A stretch of DNA of 63,531 nucleotides, counting the filler, from Craspedostauros australis (lineage: Eukaryota), in the NCBI GenBank assembly GCA_030167865.1. It is 19 parts of 19 records of this genome, joined end to end, with 100 filler letters (N's around TTAATTAATTAA, not from the genome) between each part and the next. Parts side by side here need not be neighbours in the genome. Positions count along the whole stretch, not along the records: positions 62,160 to 63,531 come from JALAGF010000764.1; 18 more parts are not named here. The stretch is one strand, 5' to 3'. This document shows positions 62,160 through 63,531 of this stretch, piece after piece. Position numbers and translations under genes: made by a program. Position 1 is the first letter of the stretch. Every line of letters begins with the position of its first letter. Under the pieces are notes generated by a model that made no database searches, had not been told where the DNA came from, and saw only the letters and a list, made by a program, of their open reading frames with translations.

Positions 62160-63531
62160 CTTCTTCACCAGCGGCGGCGATCTCGACATCACGGACCGGC
62201 ACTTCAGCTACAAGGCGTCGAAAGCTGACCCCGACACTCTATCCTTCAGCGAGGCCATGAACGACGACAACAAGAGCGAATGGATGGCCGCCGCACACAA
62301 GGAAATCCACGATCTCACCAACAAAGGGACGTGGATTGAAGTGCCGAAATCCTCCACCACCNATCGCATCTTCCCAGGGACATGGGTATTCCGACGCAAG
62401 CGAATGCCCGACGGGACGGTCAAGAAGTACAAAGGCCGATGGTGCTGCAGAGGCGATATGATGACCGAAACGGAAGCAACCTACGCTCCGGTTGTCGCAT
62501 GGTCATCCGTTCGCGTCTTTCTCATCCTTTCCATTTTGCTCCGCTGGGTTACGACATCGATCGATTTTTCGAACGCGTTCGTCCAAGCCGACATCCACCG
62601 ACCTGTCTACTTGCACCTCCCTCGCGGCTTCCGATCAACGAATGGACCTGACACTTGCCTCAAGCTGATTAAAAGCCTTTACGGTCTCACTATAGCTCCC
62701 AAGCTATGGTATCAGCATCTCGTGCGCGCCCTCCTTGCGGAAGGGTTTCACGCGTGTGACCAAGAGAAGTGCCTGTTCATGCGCGACGGCATGATGATCG
62801 TTCTCTACGTGGACGATGCCGGTATCGCATCGCGTACGGAAGAAGAGGCAGACGCATTCATCGAGTCCATGCGCAAACGCGGATTTGATCTCACACGCGA
62901 AGGCACGTTCACGGAATTTCTGGGAATATCACTGCACCGAGACCCCAAAAACAACGCCATCCACCTCAAGCAAACCGGGTTAATCAACAAGATCATCGAG
63001 GCCACCGGCATGCAACACTGCAAGCCGAACGTAACACCAACAACACAACTCGCTCTTGGCGCCTCAGCAGACCAACCGCCAATGAAGGAAGCATGGAACT
63101 ACCGCTCCATCGTCGGCATGCTGCTCTACTTGACTACGAACACACGCCCCGACCTTGCTTTCGCCGTCTCTCAAGTGGCCCGATTCAGCAACGATCCCCG
63201 TCAACCGCACGCAAAGGCAATCAAGATGATCGTGCGATACCTCCGCCACACAAACACCATGGGCACTATCGTACGACCAACGGGCCAACTTAACTTGGAG
63301 TGCTACGTGGACGCTGATTTTGCTGGTCTATACAAGCGCGAATCCGACGATTCCCCCAACGCAGTGCGCTCACGCACCGGCTACGTCATCATCCTCGGTG
63401 GCTGCCCACTCGTGTGGAAATCGAAACTGCAGACGGAGATCGCCCTATCAACAATGGAGTCGGAATACGCCGCGCTGTCTCTTGCCATGCGTGCCCTCAT
63501 CCCCATGCAACAACTCATCAACGAAGTCAAC
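62160..63531 (+). CDS. Ty1/copia reverse transcriptase + RNase H (partial at both ends; missed by the ORF track)
   Basis: The frame from 62161 reads DPDTLSFSEAM, TWVFRRKR.PDG..KKYKGRWCCRGD, IDFSNAFVQ, KSLYGL, LYVDD, YVDADFAG, SRTGY, SKLQTEIALSTMESEY. I saw no stop. Confidence 0.93.

Overview
This is eukaryotic, repeat-rich DNA, most likely from a diatom (inferred from CoDi-type copia elements, Ambal-like LINEs and GT-AG introns). It is not one locus. It is 19 contigs joined by 18 artificial 100-nt spacers (N44-TTAATTAATTAA-N44), so adjacency across spacers means nothing. Mobile DNA dominates: an intron-containing PIF/Harbinger transposase with a divergent partner gene, a near-complete APE-RT LINE, a truncated LINE inside a 182-bp satellite, several copia fragments, a nested LTR stack with a 6-bp-TSD solo LTR and an ATAT-TSD piggyBac-like element, piggyBac-like transposase fragments, and a 195-bp satellite with an inversion. 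Host genes are an organellar valyl-tRNA synthetase (3 exons), a gene with tandem homologous phase-2 mini-exons, an FAAL-ACP-membrane NRPS-like enzyme resembling poly-lysine synthetase, an LRR-like protein and two decayed flavoprotein genes. The best candidates for new biology are the FAAL/Pls-like enzyme, the possible alpha-crystallin-like Harbinger partner, the repeated cassette exons and the ATAT piggyBac family. All family assignments are by eye, without database searches.
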